Assembly (NCBI GenBank): GCA_020137815.1
Contig: CM035357.1
Coordinates: 5,084,001-5,148,000, forward strand
DNA length: 64,000 nt
From: Hormiphora californensis
Taxonomy: Eukaryota > Animalia > Ctenophora
Reading direction: 5' to 3'
The translations under genes and the position numbers were made by a program. Below are positions 63,121 to 64,000 of this stretch, in pieces. How positions within the stretch are numbered: position 1 is the first letter of the stretch; each line of letters starts with the position of its first letter. The notes beneath the pieces are model-generated. The model was not told where the DNA came from. It searched no databases and was given only the letters and a program-made list of their open reading frames with translations.

Positions 63121-63406
63121 ATGAAAAATGACCCTGTCCTAACGTTAACTACTGCCCATCAGGTAATTATGTTATTGAATCATAATTAATTGGTTATTAT
63201 GCTAATGTTTGTTGATTTTGTTATGTACAAACATTATCGATATCAACCAATCAACACTTATTTTTGGCATCTCGGAAATAAAATTCGAACTTCATTTCCC
63301 GTTTCATGAAAGCTGCCGGTATATTTTCTCAGTTCCCTCTTCCTTTCTCGCAGCTGCTTGTGTGTACTTGTTTTCAGTAATTAAGATAATGCTCTGACAA
63401 GAGGGT

Positions 63407-63478
<72 letters not shown>

Positions 63479-64000
63479 GAGAGAAAGAGAGTGAGTGAGT
63501 GAGTGAGAGAGAGAATGAGCTAGAGAATTAGTAGTGAAATTAGCAACTCGACGTTTCATTGAGTGGCGAAACTAAGTGAGAGAGCGAGAAGAGAAAACTG
63601 AGCGGAGACAGGGTGAGCATCAGAAAAAAGATAAAAAGAGAGAAATAGGATAAAGGCTGGAGCTGAGTGCTGCAGTTGCTCTTTTTGTGGTTTTGTTTCA
63701 TTTTGTTCCTGGCCTTATTATGGTATGCCAACTACATTCATGTGAAACTCTTCTTGCATGTCGATCACCAACAATTCACATTTTCATCCCCTTTACTACC
63801 TTGCCTTTTCGATTTTCAGGCGACCTCAACTCCGAAGGCCAGAAAAAAGAGGGGCAGAAGGACCGAAAGTGACACAGTTTTGGGAATCACCCGCCACACA
63901 TCGGATCACACTTCACTGACATTTGAGCCGCTAGAACAGTTTGAACAGGACCGTATTGCATTTAAACGGGAGTTAGACTCTGCTAATTGGACCCACACAT
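63121..64000 (+). CDS. Probable 5' part of an unidentified gene (exons 63121-63162 and 63820 to window end)
   Basis: MKNDPVLTLTTAHQ with a GTAATT donor joins in phase 0 to a TTTCAG acceptor and an open frame ATSTPKARKKRGRR...DSANWTHT. Confidence 0.45.

Overview
Intron-rich eukaryotic (animal) genomic DNA with many (GA)n microsatellites. It is probably a ctenophore such as Pleurobrachia; this is an inference from recalled repeat and domain families, not verified. Genes reconstructed from GT-AG exon chains: a large EF-hand + coiled-coil + Rab GTPase gene (RASEF/Rab45-CRACR2A type, minus, 11231-30656); intronless RPS29 (42658-42828), followed 130 bp later by a 9-exon CDC50/TMEM30 gene (42959-49881); a secreted tandem-domain/CCP gene nested antisense in CDC50 intron 2; FBXO30/40-like (50732-57938); a Lys/Glu-rich protein with a degenerate glutaredoxin-like domain (58916-60512); and partial genes at both window edges. 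Non-coding DNA is dominated by non-autonomous DNA transposons of at least five TSD classes (TA, TTAA, 6, 8 and 9 bp), including near-perfect 0.5-1.6 kb palindromes. Most unusual items: an intact ORF1-only LINE-like element sitting in a (CT)n tract; an array of nine duplicated splice acceptors in front of a CDC50 exon; a candidate RPS29-CDC50 operon; and tiny CTG...CAG elements with 8-bp TSDs and a filled/empty site pair. Two stretches (about 13190-14750 and 21240-22440) look like low-quality consensus, and there is a 100-N gap with an adjacent 2-kb near-duplicate.
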